From Bacteroidia bacterium (GTDB lineage Bacteria; Bacteroidota; Bacteroidia; NS11-12g; UBA9320), in contig CBFHGJ010000009.1 of the NCBI GenBank assembly GCA_965655315.1, positions 26,008 through 90,007 on the forward strand: a stretch of 64,000 nucleotides of DNA. The letters run 5' to 3'. Of this stretch, positions 1-9,154 are shown in pieces. Under the pieces are notes generated by a model that was not told the origin of the DNA, did not search any database, and saw only the letters and a list, made by a program, of their open reading frames with translations. The translations under genes were made by a program, and so were the position numbers. Every line of letters starts with the position of its first letter. Within the stretch, counting starts at the first letter, position 1.

Positions 1-1040
1 AAAATATCTTGTACGAAGCACATCCTCATATTGGAACTAACAAACTCCCTGGAATTATAGAAAATCTTAGAGAAACTATCATTAAGCAAGGAGGGGAGGT
101 AAGATTTGAGTCTAAGATGACTAGTTTCACTGTTAACCAAAATAAGGTTGAGACGATTGAAATTAATAATGTCTCAGAGGAATGTGATAGCTTAGTTTTA
201 GCTACGGGCCATTCTGCGAGAGATATTTATGAATTATTACATGAAAACGGCATTGAATTAGAAGCTAAGCCATTTGCGATGGGTTTTAGAATAGAACACC
301 CTCAAGAGCTAATAAATGATATTCAATATCATACACCAGAAAACGCCTCTATGCTGCCTCCAGCTAGTTATAGTCTGGTGACGCAAGTAAAAGGAAAGGG
401 AGCCTTCTCTTTTTGTATGTGCCCAGGAGGTATAATAGCCCCTGCTGCCACAGATAATGGAGAAGTAGTAGTAAATGGGTGGAGTCCAAGTAAAAGAAAT
501 GGTGAATATGCAAATAGTGGTTGGGTTACAGAAATAGGGCCAGATGAATGGCACGAGTTTGAAAACCACGGTGAACTTGCAGGACTTCGATTTCAACAAC
601 ATATTGAACGAAAAGCAAATGAAATGGGAGGAGGAAACTATAAAGTCCCAGCACAGAATCTGATGGACTATTTAGAGGTCAGGAAAAGCAAGAATTTAAA
701 TGAATCTAGCTATCATCCTGGGCTCACGTCTGTGGATTTAAATGACTTATATCCTACGGAAATAAATTACAGATTAAGAGAAGGATTGAGGGCAATGACA
801 AAAAAGTTAGCGGGCTTCAATCATAAAAAGGCAATAGTCACAGCTCCAGAAAGTAGAACAAGCTCACCTGTACGAATATCAAGAACTAAAGAGCTTCATC
901 ATACCGAAATAAAGAACTTATATCCATGTGGAGAAGGAGCAGGTTTTGCTGGAGGTATTATTAGTGCTGCACTAGACGGATATAGAGTTGTCAAAGCTCT
1001 AGTCTACAATGACCGGAGTTTCTCAGAAAAATCTAATTAA
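1..1040 (+). CDS. FAD-dependent oxidoreductase (COG2509-like flavoprotein), C-terminal part; 5' end outside window
   Basis: Frame open from window edge (first start-like codon TTG at 9) to TAA 1038-1040; translation shows flavoprotein C-terminal domain motifs (CMCPGGIIAPAATDNGEVVVNGWS; LYPCGEGAGFAGGIISAALDG). Confidence 0.7.
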   Translation, partial: NILYEAHPHIGTNKLPGIIENLRETIIKQGGEVRFESKMTSFTVNQNKVETIEINNVSEECDSLVLATGHSARDIYELLHENGIELEAKPFAMGFRIEHPQELINDIQYHTPENASMLPPASYSLVTQVKGKGAFSFCMCPGGIIAPAATDNGEVVVNGWSPSKRNGEYANSGWVTEIGPDEWHEFENHGELAGLRFQQHIERKANEMGGGNYKVPAQNLMDYLEVRKSKNLNESSYHPGLTSVDLNDLYPTEINYRLREGLRAMTKKLAGFNHKKAIVTAPESRTSSPVRISRTKELHHTEIKNLYPCGEGAGFAGGIISAALDGYRVVKALVYNDRSFSEKSN

Positions 1041-1055
1041 TCGTTTAGTTGCTGT

Positions 1056-2162
1056 TTAGTTAGCCGGAACTACTTCATTCTTTCCTAAATTATGAAGCAA
1101 GCTAAAATGACTTTTTAAAGCTCCAAAAAATGTTGCGTGCTGCAAGTAGGGAATGCCAAATTCTTTTGCTGTCTTTTCTACAATCTTTGAGATTTTCGGA
1201 TAGTGAACGTGACAAATAAAAGGGAATAAGTGGTGCTCTACCTGATGATTTAAACCACCAACTAGCCACGTAAACAGTCTGTTGTCAGTGCTAAAGTTAG
1301 AAGTAGTTTTTAGCTGATGGATTGCCCAATTGTTTTCCATACTAGTCCCAGTCTCTTCTGGATCATAAAAATGTGTTTCTTCTAAAACGTGAGCCGCTTG
1401 GAAAATTAGAGCCAAAATAAGTCCACTAAGGAATTGCATCATAAGAAATCCAGCTGCTACTTGACCCCAATGAATATCCAATATCATTATAGGTAAAACA
1501 ATTGTAAGTATGATATAAACCACCTTGTAAGTTAAAATCTCTAGAACTGCGTTGCGTGTTGTTCTGTTCTGTCCTTTCAGGAGATTTCTCTTACCATATC
1601 TAACTACCTGATCGATATCTTTTGCCACTAACCAATAAAAGGTAAGAAGACCATAGAAGATAGGGGCATAAAATGCCTGAAATCTGAAAGCTTTTTTATA
1701 CGGCTGTTTTGGAGAAAAACGCATTACAGGCTTAGTAATATCTTCATCATGTCCCTCTATGTTTGTAAACGAATGGTGAAGCACATTATGCTGTACTTTC
1801 CAGTTAATATGATAGGCACCAAGAAAATTGACAATCCAACCAAAGAATGAATTTATATTTTTATGACTTGAATAGGCACCGTGGTTAGCATCATGCATCA
1901 CAGAAAGCCCTATACCAGCCATTCCTAAGCTCATAATGAACCACATGGAATACATTACTGGAGTATTAGTAATATATCCAGAAAGCATAAGAATAAGTGG
2001 GATGAAGTACAATGAAACCATAAAAGCAGTTTTTAAGTACATACTCCAATTTCCAAATTTAGAGATATTGTTCTCCTTGAAATAGGTGTTTACATTCTGT
2101 CTCAATGCAGTTATGAATTCGGTGTTATTTCGATTGTTAAATCTTACGATTTGTTTACTCAT
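1056..2162 (-). CDS. membrane fatty-acid desaturase (acyl-lipid/acyl-CoA desaturase family)
   Basis: 368 aa with three His boxes typical of membrane desaturases (HDANHG, HNVLHH, HQVEHHLFP) and multiple hydrophobic helices. Confidence 0.85.
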   Translation of the reverse strand: MSKQIVRFNNRNNTEFITALRQNVNTYFKENNISKFGNWSMYLKTAFMVSLYFIPLILMLSGYITNTPVMYSMWFIMSLGMAGIGLSVMHDANHGAYSSHKNINSFFGWIVNFLGAYHINWKVQHNVLHHSFTNIEGHDEDITKPVMRFSPKQPYKKAFRFQAFYAPIFYGLLTFYWLVAKDIDQVVRYGKRNLLKGQNRTTRNAVLEILTYKVVYIILTIVLPIMILDIHWGQVAAGFLMMQFLSGLILALIFQAAHVLEETHFYDPEETGTSMENNWAIHQLKTTSNFSTDNRLFTWLVGGLNHQVEHHLFPFICHVHYPKISKIVEKTAKEFGIPYLQHATFFGALKSHFSLLHNLGKNEVVPAN

Positions 2163-2286
2163 TGCTATGTTACTAATTCTTGTGGGATTTATCCGAAATT
2201 GGACTGAAAAGATTGATTTTTAAGGCCTTAATACGGTTCGAAGGTATGTTAAAAAAGTGGGTTCCAGAGTCTTAGTTGTTCGGTTT

Positions 2287-3549
2287 TTAAGAAGAGGTAG
2301 CTTTACTGTTTGATAATGAAAGCCTTAACATTTCTAATGCAGCAAATGCGGTACGCTCAATTACCTGCTCTCTGGTGCCATGAAATTCGTGCCGCTTCAC
2401 TTGAACAAATCCATTTGGACCTGCAATTCCTATATAGACTAGACCCACCGGTTTGGTTGCTGTTCCTCCAGAAGGACCAGCTATTCCAGTAGTACTTATG
2501 CAGTAATCTACATCTAACTTTTCTCTTGCGTTAAGTGCCATCGATTTACAAACCTCTTCACTGACAGCTCCCAGCTTGTTAAGTGTATCTTGATTGATAT
2601 CCACTATTTTTACTTTAGTATCATAGGCATAAGAGATTATACTACCCTTATAATAGGCAGAACTGCCAGGCACAGCTGTGATTTTATGAGCAATAAAGCC
2701 ACCCGAACAGCTTTCACACGTTCCTAATGAATTCCCACTTCTGTGTAGCAAAGCACCCACTAATTCCGCTAGGTTTTTTTCTCCATCAAACCATACGGTC
2801 CCTATGATCTCTTTGATTTGATCAAAAAAATCATTTACCTCTTCACGAAGTTTAGCTTCTGAAATACTTATTGATTTACCACTTAGCCTTAGTCGTACAA
2901 GGTTGAGGTGAGGTAAGTATGCAAGTTTTAAATGGCTAGGTAAACTGTCCTCTATTGCCTCAATCTGATCTGCGAGCAATGATTCTGGTACACCGACAAC
3001 GGTAATGGTATGATGAACGATGGAGTAATTATCACCTATAGAATTTAGCTTCTCAAAGACCATGCGTTCCATCATATCCTTCATTTCATAAGGAACACCG
3101 GGCATACTTACATAGACCTTATTGTTTTCTTCAAAATACATTCCGGGAGCTGTACCTTTATGATTGAGAATTGGAGTACAATTTTCTGGAACTAATGCCT
3201 GGTCTATATTGGTTTGCAGAATAGATCTACCTTTTCTAGACAAAATGGCTTTTATATTGTCTAAGGCTTCATCGCTTTGAACCAATTGGGTGTTGAAATA
3301 GTCAGCTAGTACTTTTTTAGTGATATCGTCCTTAGTAGGGCCTAAACCACCAGTTATTAAAATAACATCTGCTCTGGATTCAGCCAGTTTGAGTGCGTCA
3401 ATTATTGAACTTTGTTTATCGTTAATCGAAGATATTTGAATGACTTCAATTCCATATTGGTTAAGTCTTTTTCCTAGCCATGCAGAGTTTGTGTCTACCG
3501 TCTGACCGATTAATATTTCATCTCCAATTGTGATTATTTCAGCAAGCAT
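2287..3549 (-). CDS. cinA: competence/damage-inducible protein CinA (MoCF-like N-domain + CinA C-domain)
   Basis: 420 aa; N-terminus MLAEIITIGDEILIGQTVDTNSAWL and C-terminal CinA-type domain (ESCSGG...AGPSGGT). Confidence 0.85.
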   Translation of the reverse strand: MLAEIITIGDEILIGQTVDTNSAWLGKRLNQYGIEVIQISSINDKQSSIIDALKLAESRADVILITGGLGPTKDDITKKVLADYFNTQLVQSDEALDNIKAILSRKGRSILQTNIDQALVPENCTPILNHKGTAPGMYFEENNKVYVSMPGVPYEMKDMMERMVFEKLNSIGDNYSIVHHTITVVGVPESLLADQIEAIEDSLPSHLKLAYLPHLNLVRLRLSGKSISISEAKLREEVNDFFDQIKEIIGTVWFDGEKNLAELVGALLHRSGNSLGTCESCSGGFIAHKITAVPGSSAYYKGSIISYAYDTKVKIVDINQDTLNKLGAVSEEVCKSMALNAREKLDVDYCISTTGIAGPSGGTATKPVGLVYIGIAGPNGFVQVKRHEFHGTREQVIERTAFAALEMLRLSLSNSKATSS

Positions 3550-3597
3550 TTAATCTATTAACAATTTTAAAATTATTTTCGCCGCAAATTATATAAT

Positions 3598-3927
3598 ATG
3601 AGGGAAGCAAAGGCAAATTTAGCAATCAATAACTTACTAAAAGAGGTTACTTCTTCGTTTGATTCAGACAAGGTGGTTGCTCAGCTGCAAGAAATTAGAA
3701 CTATGGCCTTGGAAGAAGAAGATCCTACCGCCGTAAAGATATGCAGACTTGCTAGTGAATACATTTCTGAAAATGGAAACTTTGATCTTGGCTATGTAGC
3801 TGAGGAAGAAATTGGGGATATGTCGGACATGGAGTATTTATTAGAGCTTATGCTAAAAATAGATAAACCTGCAAATCGTGAAGAAATCCAAGAAATTAGA
3901 GATAAACTGAAGGGCGAACTTTACTAA
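3598..3927 (+). CDS. hypothetical small acidic protein
   Basis: 109-aa ORF, ATG start, divergent from cinA; strongly acidic (E/D-rich); no recognisable motif. Confidence 0.4.
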   Translation: MREAKANLAINNLLKEVTSSFDSDKVVAQLQEIRTMALEEEDPTAVKICRLASEYISENGNFDLGYVAEEEIGDMSDMEYLLELMLKIDKPANREEIQEIRDKLKGELY

Positions 3928-4000
3928 GTTCTTATCCCAGACTTTTTTGTAAGGAATGAATGATTACTTCGTTGCATTCATTATTAAATAAATTTTAAAA

Positions 4001-4552
4001 ATGAAGAAGTACTTGTTAACCATAGGCATAGTCAGCCTCACCCTTTTATCTTTTGGTCAGTATCGTGCCTCTACAGGTATAGCAGTAGGTGAAAATGCAA
4101 CTATGTTTACTGTAGGAGCAGAGAGAGAATTCAATATAATCTCAGACAAGATTCACATAAACCCTAGTGTAAGAGGGAATTTCTACACCGGTGAAAATTT
4201 AGATTTCATAACAGTACCAGCTGAGTACACTGCCAATGACGAAGATGTTGAAACGCTTTATAGCGTAGGGAATAGCTCTTTCAATTTTATCAATGCTTAT
4301 GTTAGGCTTGGGTACGACATTACCGAGAAATTGGCCATTAGTTTTGATATTGATCTTGTCGGACTGACTTTTGGTTCGGTAGAGAACACTCTCTTGCTAG
4401 GAGAAGGTGAGAGTAGCAAAAATGATAATGTCACAGCAACACCTGTCAATGGAGCTAGTCCTACAACCATTAACTATTTAATTATGGGAGATCTAGATAA
4501 CGGTAGTTTGAATTCGACACTAGAGGGTTTGAGACTGTTATCGAATCTTTAG
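4001..4552 (+). CDS. hypothetical secreted protein, outer-membrane beta-barrel-like
   Basis: 183 aa; N-terminal signal peptide (MKKYLLTIGIVSLTLLSFGQ); alternating hydrophobic pattern typical of beta-strands. Confidence 0.5.
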   Translation: MKKYLLTIGIVSLTLLSFGQYRASTGIAVGENATMFTVGAEREFNIISDKIHINPSVRGNFYTGENLDFITVPAEYTANDEDVETLYSVGNSSFNFINAYVRLGYDITEKLAISFDIDLVGLTFGSVENTLLLGEGESSKNDNVTATPVNGASPTTINYLIMGDLDNGSLNSTLEGLRLLSNL

Positions 4553-4553
4553 T

Positions 4554-5690
4554 CTATTCTTTAATTATTTTGAAAGACTGATGAATATTTCCGTCTAATT
4601 TCACGAAATAAATTCCATCAGATAAATCTTGAATATTTACAACTGATTTTTCTTTTTCAATCTTACCTTCAGATACTTTTTGTCCAGAAATTGATGTGAT
4701 AGCATAACGATTTCCAATAAATTCTGAACCTACACTAATATGAATAACATTTTTAACGGGGTTAGGATAAACTTTAAAATTTTCTATATTATTTTTATTT
4801 ATTATTGATGCTGTTGAACATTCAATTATTCCATTTATGTCATAGCGAGAAACGAATTGCCAAATCTCTGAGCTAGCATCAATTGTCATATTTCCAAAAC
4901 TTCCAGGCCAATCATGTCCTCCTCCTATCACCTTTAATTCTTCCACATAGGCGCAACCTGAGGCAGTTGACCAAGTATATCGCTCTACAGAGGGGCTTAC
5001 AGAAATCATAGTAGCAGTTGTATCACAATTATTGTGCGTTGCCCAGTATCTATGTGTTGCCGCTGCGGAGAGATAATATTCAATTCCGCCAAAGGTAATA
5101 CCATTATATGGAGATGTAAAATCATTAGAGCCAAGTATTGTAAGAACTCCAGTGGGGTGCACCGGAGAGCAAAAACTATTTGGATTGGCTTGCGTGGTTC
5201 TTGCTACTGGAGCTGTAGCTGCAATTCTGCTATTGAGTTTACAAGCAAGCTCAAAGGACATATCACCTCCTAATGAATAACCACAAGCATATATTCTATT
5301 CTGGTCTATTTGGTAATTACTGGCAATCGTATCTATCAATGAACTAAAAAAGGGCACATCATCAAAAGTGCCTGGGACTTTAGTAATCCAGTTTAAAGAG
5401 TTCCCATCGCTTGGATCTGGGCGTGCCTGAGGATAAACAACAATAAAGTTTGCCGTATCAGCGATTGGTCTCATGTCAGATATAGCCTGCCAACTTGCAA
5501 CCCTGTCATTACCTCCATGAAAATTGAAAAGTAATGGAAATTCAGAAGTCCCGTCATAACTGGACGGGATATAGATGCTGTATTCCCGGGTAAGACCATC
5601 AAAGTCAATGGTTTTATTGATAAAAGATTGAGCTGATGAAAGAAATGAATTTAATACAACAAGAGTCAAAACAATGATTTTTATGTTCAT
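4554..5690 (-). CDS. secreted esterase/PHB-depolymerase-family alpha/beta hydrolase with T9SS type-A C-terminal sorting domain
   Basis: 378 aa; signal peptide; GxSxG nucleophile elbow (CGYSLGGDMS); C-terminal ~80 aa (KVYPNPVKNVIHISV...GIYFVKL...KIIKE) matches Por/T9SS CTD. Confidence 0.75.
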   Translation of the reverse strand: MNIKIIVLTLVVLNSFLSSAQSFINKTIDFDGLTREYSIYIPSSYDGTSEFPLLFNFHGGNDRVASWQAISDMRPIADTANFIVVYPQARPDPSDGNSLNWITKVPGTFDDVPFFSSLIDTIASNYQIDQNRIYACGYSLGGDMSFELACKLNSRIAATAPVARTTQANPNSFCSPVHPTGVLTILGSNDFTSPYNGITFGGIEYYLSAAATHRYWATHNNCDTTATMISVSPSVERYTWSTASGCAYVEELKVIGGGHDWPGSFGNMTIDASSEIWQFVSRYDINGIIECSTASIINKNNIENFKVYPNPVKNVIHISVGSEFIGNRYAITSISGQKVSEGKIEKEKSVVNIQDLSDGIYFVKLDGNIHQSFKIIKE

Positions 5691-5745
5691 GATAATTTAA
5701 GGATTTATTTACTTGCATTTCTGAAGTAATATATAAATTCGTATA
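5527..5745. repeat. source copy of segmental duplication (esterase 5' end + divergent promoter), paralogous to 6479-6680
   Basis: About 90% nucleotide identity to 6479-6680 by eye, collinear. Confidence 0.7.
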
Positions 5746-5763
5746 AATTAAAGTATAAAAAAA

Positions 5764-6375
5764 ATGAAAAAAACAATTTTATTATTAATCACAGTATTTG
5801 CTATTTCGTTAGCTAATGCTCAAAACGAAACGAAAGAATTTGCGAATTATTCGGTAGGGGTATCCGTTAGTCCATTTGGTGGATCGTTGGGTTTTGGCTA
5901 CAATCTATCTACAAAAACAACATTTCAAGCCTCAATCGGAGGATTTAAAGGATCTGCACCAATTTCACCCGAATATGGGAATGATGAATACGATGTAGAA
6001 AATTCGTCTTCATGGGTTGGGATGTTTGTAAATCACAGACCATTTGAAGATTCGGATTGGTTCAGGGTAGGAACTGGATTTGGTGTAGGTAAAATACAAA
6101 ACGAACTAACCAATACGAACAATGCAAGTGATGTTTATCATGCCAATTATGAGGGAAATATAGTTGCTTATGTTGGAGTAGGAGTAGGTAGCCGACCAGT
6201 TAAAGGGTTGCAATTTGGATTGGATGTTGGAGTGCTTTCAACAGGTGGAGCAACAGTATTTGCAGACCGAGACAATCTTGCACCCGAAAATGCTGTTCTC
6301 AAAAAAATTGAAGATGATTCATTTTTTGGATCTCTATTACCAAATGTTCAGCTTAACATAAGCTGGGGTTTTTAA
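5764..6375 (+). CDS. outer-membrane beta-barrel protein (small OMP)
   Basis: 203 aa; signal peptide ending ANAQ; Gly/aromatic-rich beta-strand pattern; C-terminal ...ISWGF with terminal Phe typical of OMPs; followed by terminator. Confidence 0.6.
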   Translation: MKKTILLLITVFAISLANAQNETKEFANYSVGVSVSPFGGSLGFGYNLSTKTTFQASIGGFKGSAPISPEYGNDEYDVENSSSWVGMFVNHRPFEDSDWFRVGTGFGVGKIQNELTNTNNASDVYHANYEGNIVAYVGVGVGSRPVKGLQFGLDVGVLSTGGATVFADRDNLAPENAVLKKIEDDSFFGSLLPNVQLNISWGF

Positions 6376-6396
6376 AATTTATTTAAGTTCAAATCA

Positions 6397-6441
6397 GGGC
6401 GGAATCGTGAACTAAAGTTCAATGATTCCGCCTTTTTTTTA
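6397..6441 (+). terminator. rho-independent terminator
   Basis: GGCGGAATC ... GATTCCGCC hairpin followed by T8 run. Confidence 0.8.
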
Positions 6442-6478
6442 TTGTTTTTGCCAATCAATTGGTCAATTCATGTAACTT

Positions 6479-6640
6479 AAAAAATAATGGAAATTCAGAA
6501 GTGCCGTTATAACTAGGCGGAATATAGATGCTATATTCCCGGGTAAGACCATCAAAGTCGATGGTTTTATTGATAAAAGATTGAGCCGAGCAAAGAAACG
6601 AATTCAATACAACAAGAGTCAATACGATGATTTTTTTGCT
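6479..6640 (-). pseudogene. relic of esterase N-terminus (start-less, 3'-truncated paralog fragment of 4554-5690)
   Basis: See repeat 6479-6680; the frame is intact but there is no start codon and the homology ends abruptly. Confidence 0.6.
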
Positions 6641-6680
6641 TGCATTTCTAAAATAGTTTATAAATTCGTGGAAATCAGAT
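6479..6680. repeat. duplicated copy of 5527-5745 (esterase N-terminal coding end + divergent promoter), contains internal ~30 bp deletion removing the esterase start codon
   Basis: Collinear ~90% identity to 5527-5745; minus-strand translation retains esterase residues 7-59 (IVLTLVVLNSFLCSAQSFINKTIDFDGLTREYSIYIPPSYNGTSEFPLFF) but no start and a stop soon after. Confidence 0.75.
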
Positions 6681-6690
6681 TAATTAAACA

Positions 6691-7158
6691 ATGAAAAAAA
6701 TTTTTCCATTACTTCTTTTGTTGACAACGATAATTTATGTTGGATGTTCTGAAGATGATGATTCGCCCGCACCCAAGTCTTCAGAGCAAGCATTTGTTGA
6801 TTATTCTGGGGCTTACCTCGGCACTAGATACGTAAATTATTACTCTACTCAAACAAATTCACTTTTAGATTCAAGCAGTTTCATTGATACTATTTTTGTA
6901 TTTAAGCATAAAATAAATAGTGACAGTTTTTTTACTTGGGGATATTCTGATGAATTTCAGAAGAGTGTTAATTGGGGGAGATTAAATAGTGATGGTTCTT
7001 TTAGGAATACCGGAAGTTGGTATGATGCAAATGCTAATGATTCTTTTACACAACAACATAATCATAGAATTTCAAATGATACGTTTTATGAAGTTATTGA
7101 AACTTTTAGAACAAACTTCCGATGGCATGGTGAGGGGGTATTCATAAAAATGGAGTAA
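6691..7158 (+). CDS. hypothetical lipoprotein
   Basis: 155 aa; signal peptide + lipobox-like LLLLTTIIYVGCSEDDD; preceded by the duplicated promoter segment; followed by terminator. Confidence 0.55.
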   Translation: MKKIFPLLLLLTTIIYVGCSEDDDSPAPKSSEQAFVDYSGAYLGTRYVNYYSTQTNSLLDSSSFIDTIFVFKHKINSDSFFTWGYSDEFQKSVNWGRLNSDGSFRNTGSWYDANANDSFTQQHNHRISNDTFYEVIETFRTNFRWHGEGVFIKME

Positions 7159-7180
7159 GTAAATGACAATATTATAAGAA

Positions 7181-7212
7181 AAGGGGACATTTTAATGTCC
7201 CCTTTTTTTATT
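7181..7212 (+). terminator. rho-independent terminator
   Basis: AAAGGGGACAT tttta ATGTCCCCTTTTTTT hairpin + T-run. Confidence 0.8.
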
Positions 7213-7229
7213 CAATTAGTTGATTGTGC

Positions 7230-7391
7230 TTATTTGATGAGGTATACAGGACCTTTATAATAATGTATGTTTCCTCTAAAATCGAGGGCTTTTATGTGGT
7301 ACAAATAATACCCAGATATTGCGTCTTTACCGTTCTGAGCAAAGACTCGATAGGTTCCATATATATGAGGTATGGAAATTATTTTTAACAT
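7230..7391 (-). pseudogene. remnant of T9SS type-B (gliding-motility-associated) C-terminal sorting domain
   Basis: Minus-strand frame translates ...GTYRVFAQNGKDAISGYYLYHIKALDFRGNIHYYKGPVYLIK*, resembling the conserved tail (IFNRWG..VF..YYYVI...kGtVtLIR) of type-B CTDs; only ~54 codons open, no upstream body. Confidence 0.5.
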
Positions 7392-7563
7392 TTTTGTTTA
7401 TGGAGTTGGCGGACTAATTGTTTTGTATTTTTTTTGGTTAGCCCTAAACTATTTTGGGGAGTGGTTAGAAGATAAAACTAATATGCAATTTTTATTAGGT
7501 TTTGTTCTCATAGGTTTGTTAGCAATTTTTTCATTGAGTTTATACGTTTGGTTAGTATTTTGA
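7372..7563 (+). CDS. hypothetical small membrane protein (two predicted TM helices)
   Basis: 63-aa ORF, ATG start, very hydrophobic; could be spurious. Confidence 0.25.
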   Translation: MEIIFNIFVYGVGGLIVLYFFWLALNYFGEWLEDKTNMQFLLGFVLIGLLAIFSLSLYVWLVF

Positions 7564-7804
7564 TTAATTAGTTAATGAATATAATCTGACGCTTCTTGTC
7601 CAACCAACATCAAACCATAGGGCTATCCCACTATTCTGAGCAAAGGCTATGGAAATGAAACCGATATTCTTAAAGGATAAGGGGGTGTTGAATATGAAAA
7701 ATAGTTCGGATTTTTTTAGGATTTATCTGTAAAACGATACCTAAATCGATACCCTGAGGCATAAAAAAAACCTACAATTATCTGTACAACAGTTAATTAC
7801 AGGT

Positions 7805-7979
7805 TTTAATGGGTAGGCTTGACTTACAATCTAACCAAAAAGTTTGCTATCGATGCAGGTTTTGGTCTCGTGTTTACTGAGGTTACATCGGATATAGCTG
7901 TTGGTTATGATGGAAATGATCGATTTAGAAATAAGAACTTGTTGGGATATTTAGGAGTCTCATACGGTTTTGGGAAGTA
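7805..7979 (+). pseudogene. C-terminal remnant of an outer-membrane beta-barrel protein gene
   Basis: Start-less frame translating VGLTYNLTKKFAIDAGFGLVFTEVTSDIAVGYDGNDRFRNKNLLGYLGVSYGFGK*; typical OMP C-terminal strands; no start codon, no N-terminal part. Confidence 0.45.
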
Positions 7980-8074
7980 ATTATTGCCAATGAAATAATT
8001 TAGAAAAGCTAGTCCTAAACGGCTAGCGTTTTTTATTTGATAATTCTCAGGTAACTAATACCTTCGTCTTCGAT

Positions 8075-9152
8075 ATGACTAGTGATCAGTTTAACGACAT
8101 TAAAGGCCGTACAGCTAAGCTGGCGGACTATCTTTGACGTAGAAAAGAATCTTGCTCTCATAGCAGATGAAGAGCAGCAAACGCACGATCCATCCTTCTG
8201 GGATAATCCAAAAAAAGCAGAAATACATCTCAGGAATATCAAGAAAAAGAAAATCTGGACTGATTCTTGGGTTGAAATCAATGCTGGAGTTGAAGACATA
8301 GAAGTGCTTCTTGAATTTAAAGAAATGGGTGAAGATGTGGATGAGGAAATTGAGACCAAGTATCAAGGTACACTTCAGAAGTTAGAGAACTTGGAATTTA
8401 AAAACATGCTTAGCGGAGAAGAGGATCAATTGGATGCAATTCTGGAAATCAATGCTGGAGCTGGAGGTACTGAGAGTAACGATTGGGCAGCTATGCTGAG
8501 CCGAATGTACACGATGTGGGGTCAGAATAATGGATATAAAGTCGAAGTTCTAGAGCAAGTCGATGGAGACGTTACAGGTATTAAGTCTATTTCCTTACAG
8601 TTTTCAGGAGATTTTGCTTTTGGTTATTTAAAAGGAGATAATGGTGTTCATAGATTGGTCAGAATAAGTCCTTTTGACAGCAGTAACAGGAGACATACGT
8701 CTTTCGCGTCAGCTTATATCTACCCTGTGGTAGATGATAGTATCGAGATTGATATTCCTTGGGGAGATATTGATATGCAGACTTCTCGAAGTGGTGGAGC
8801 AGGAGGTCAGAATGTAAATAAGGTGGAGACCAAAGTTCAGTTAACCCATAAACCGACAGGCATCATGGTGGTATGTTCTCAAGCCCGTTCTCAACTGGCT
8901 AACAAGGAAGAAGCCATGAAGATGCTTAAGTCTCAATTGTATGATATTGAGCTTCGTAAACAAACTGATGCTAGGGCCGAAATAGAAAATGGCAAGATGA
9001 AGATAGAGTGGGGAAGTCAAATAAGAAATTACGTTATGCATCCCTATAAATTGGTTAAGGACGTGCGAACAGGAGAGGAGACAAGTAATGTGCAAGCCGT
9101 GATGGATGGAGATTTAGAAGCTTTTCATAAGGCGTACTTGTTAGGACAGTAA
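8075..9152 (+). CDS. prfB: peptide chain release factor 2, with programmed +1 ribosomal frameshift (join 8075..8134, 8136..9152)
   Basis: ATG 8075 gives [20 protein letters not shown] then UGA; canonical shift site CUU UGA C at 8132-8138; +1 frame continues [15 protein letters not shown]... to TAA 9150-9152 and contains RF2 motifs (SPF-like region, GGQ in [16 protein letters not shown]). Confidence 0.95.
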
Positions 9153-9154
9153 AA

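Noticed and set aside
7600-7800. Possible small RNA or structured element in the 240-nt non-coding stretch (repeated CGATACC, imperfect palindrome AATTATCTGT-N5-ACAGTTAATT)
   Set aside because: No GC-rich stem system or match to known RNA families. More likely debris of the deleted genes.
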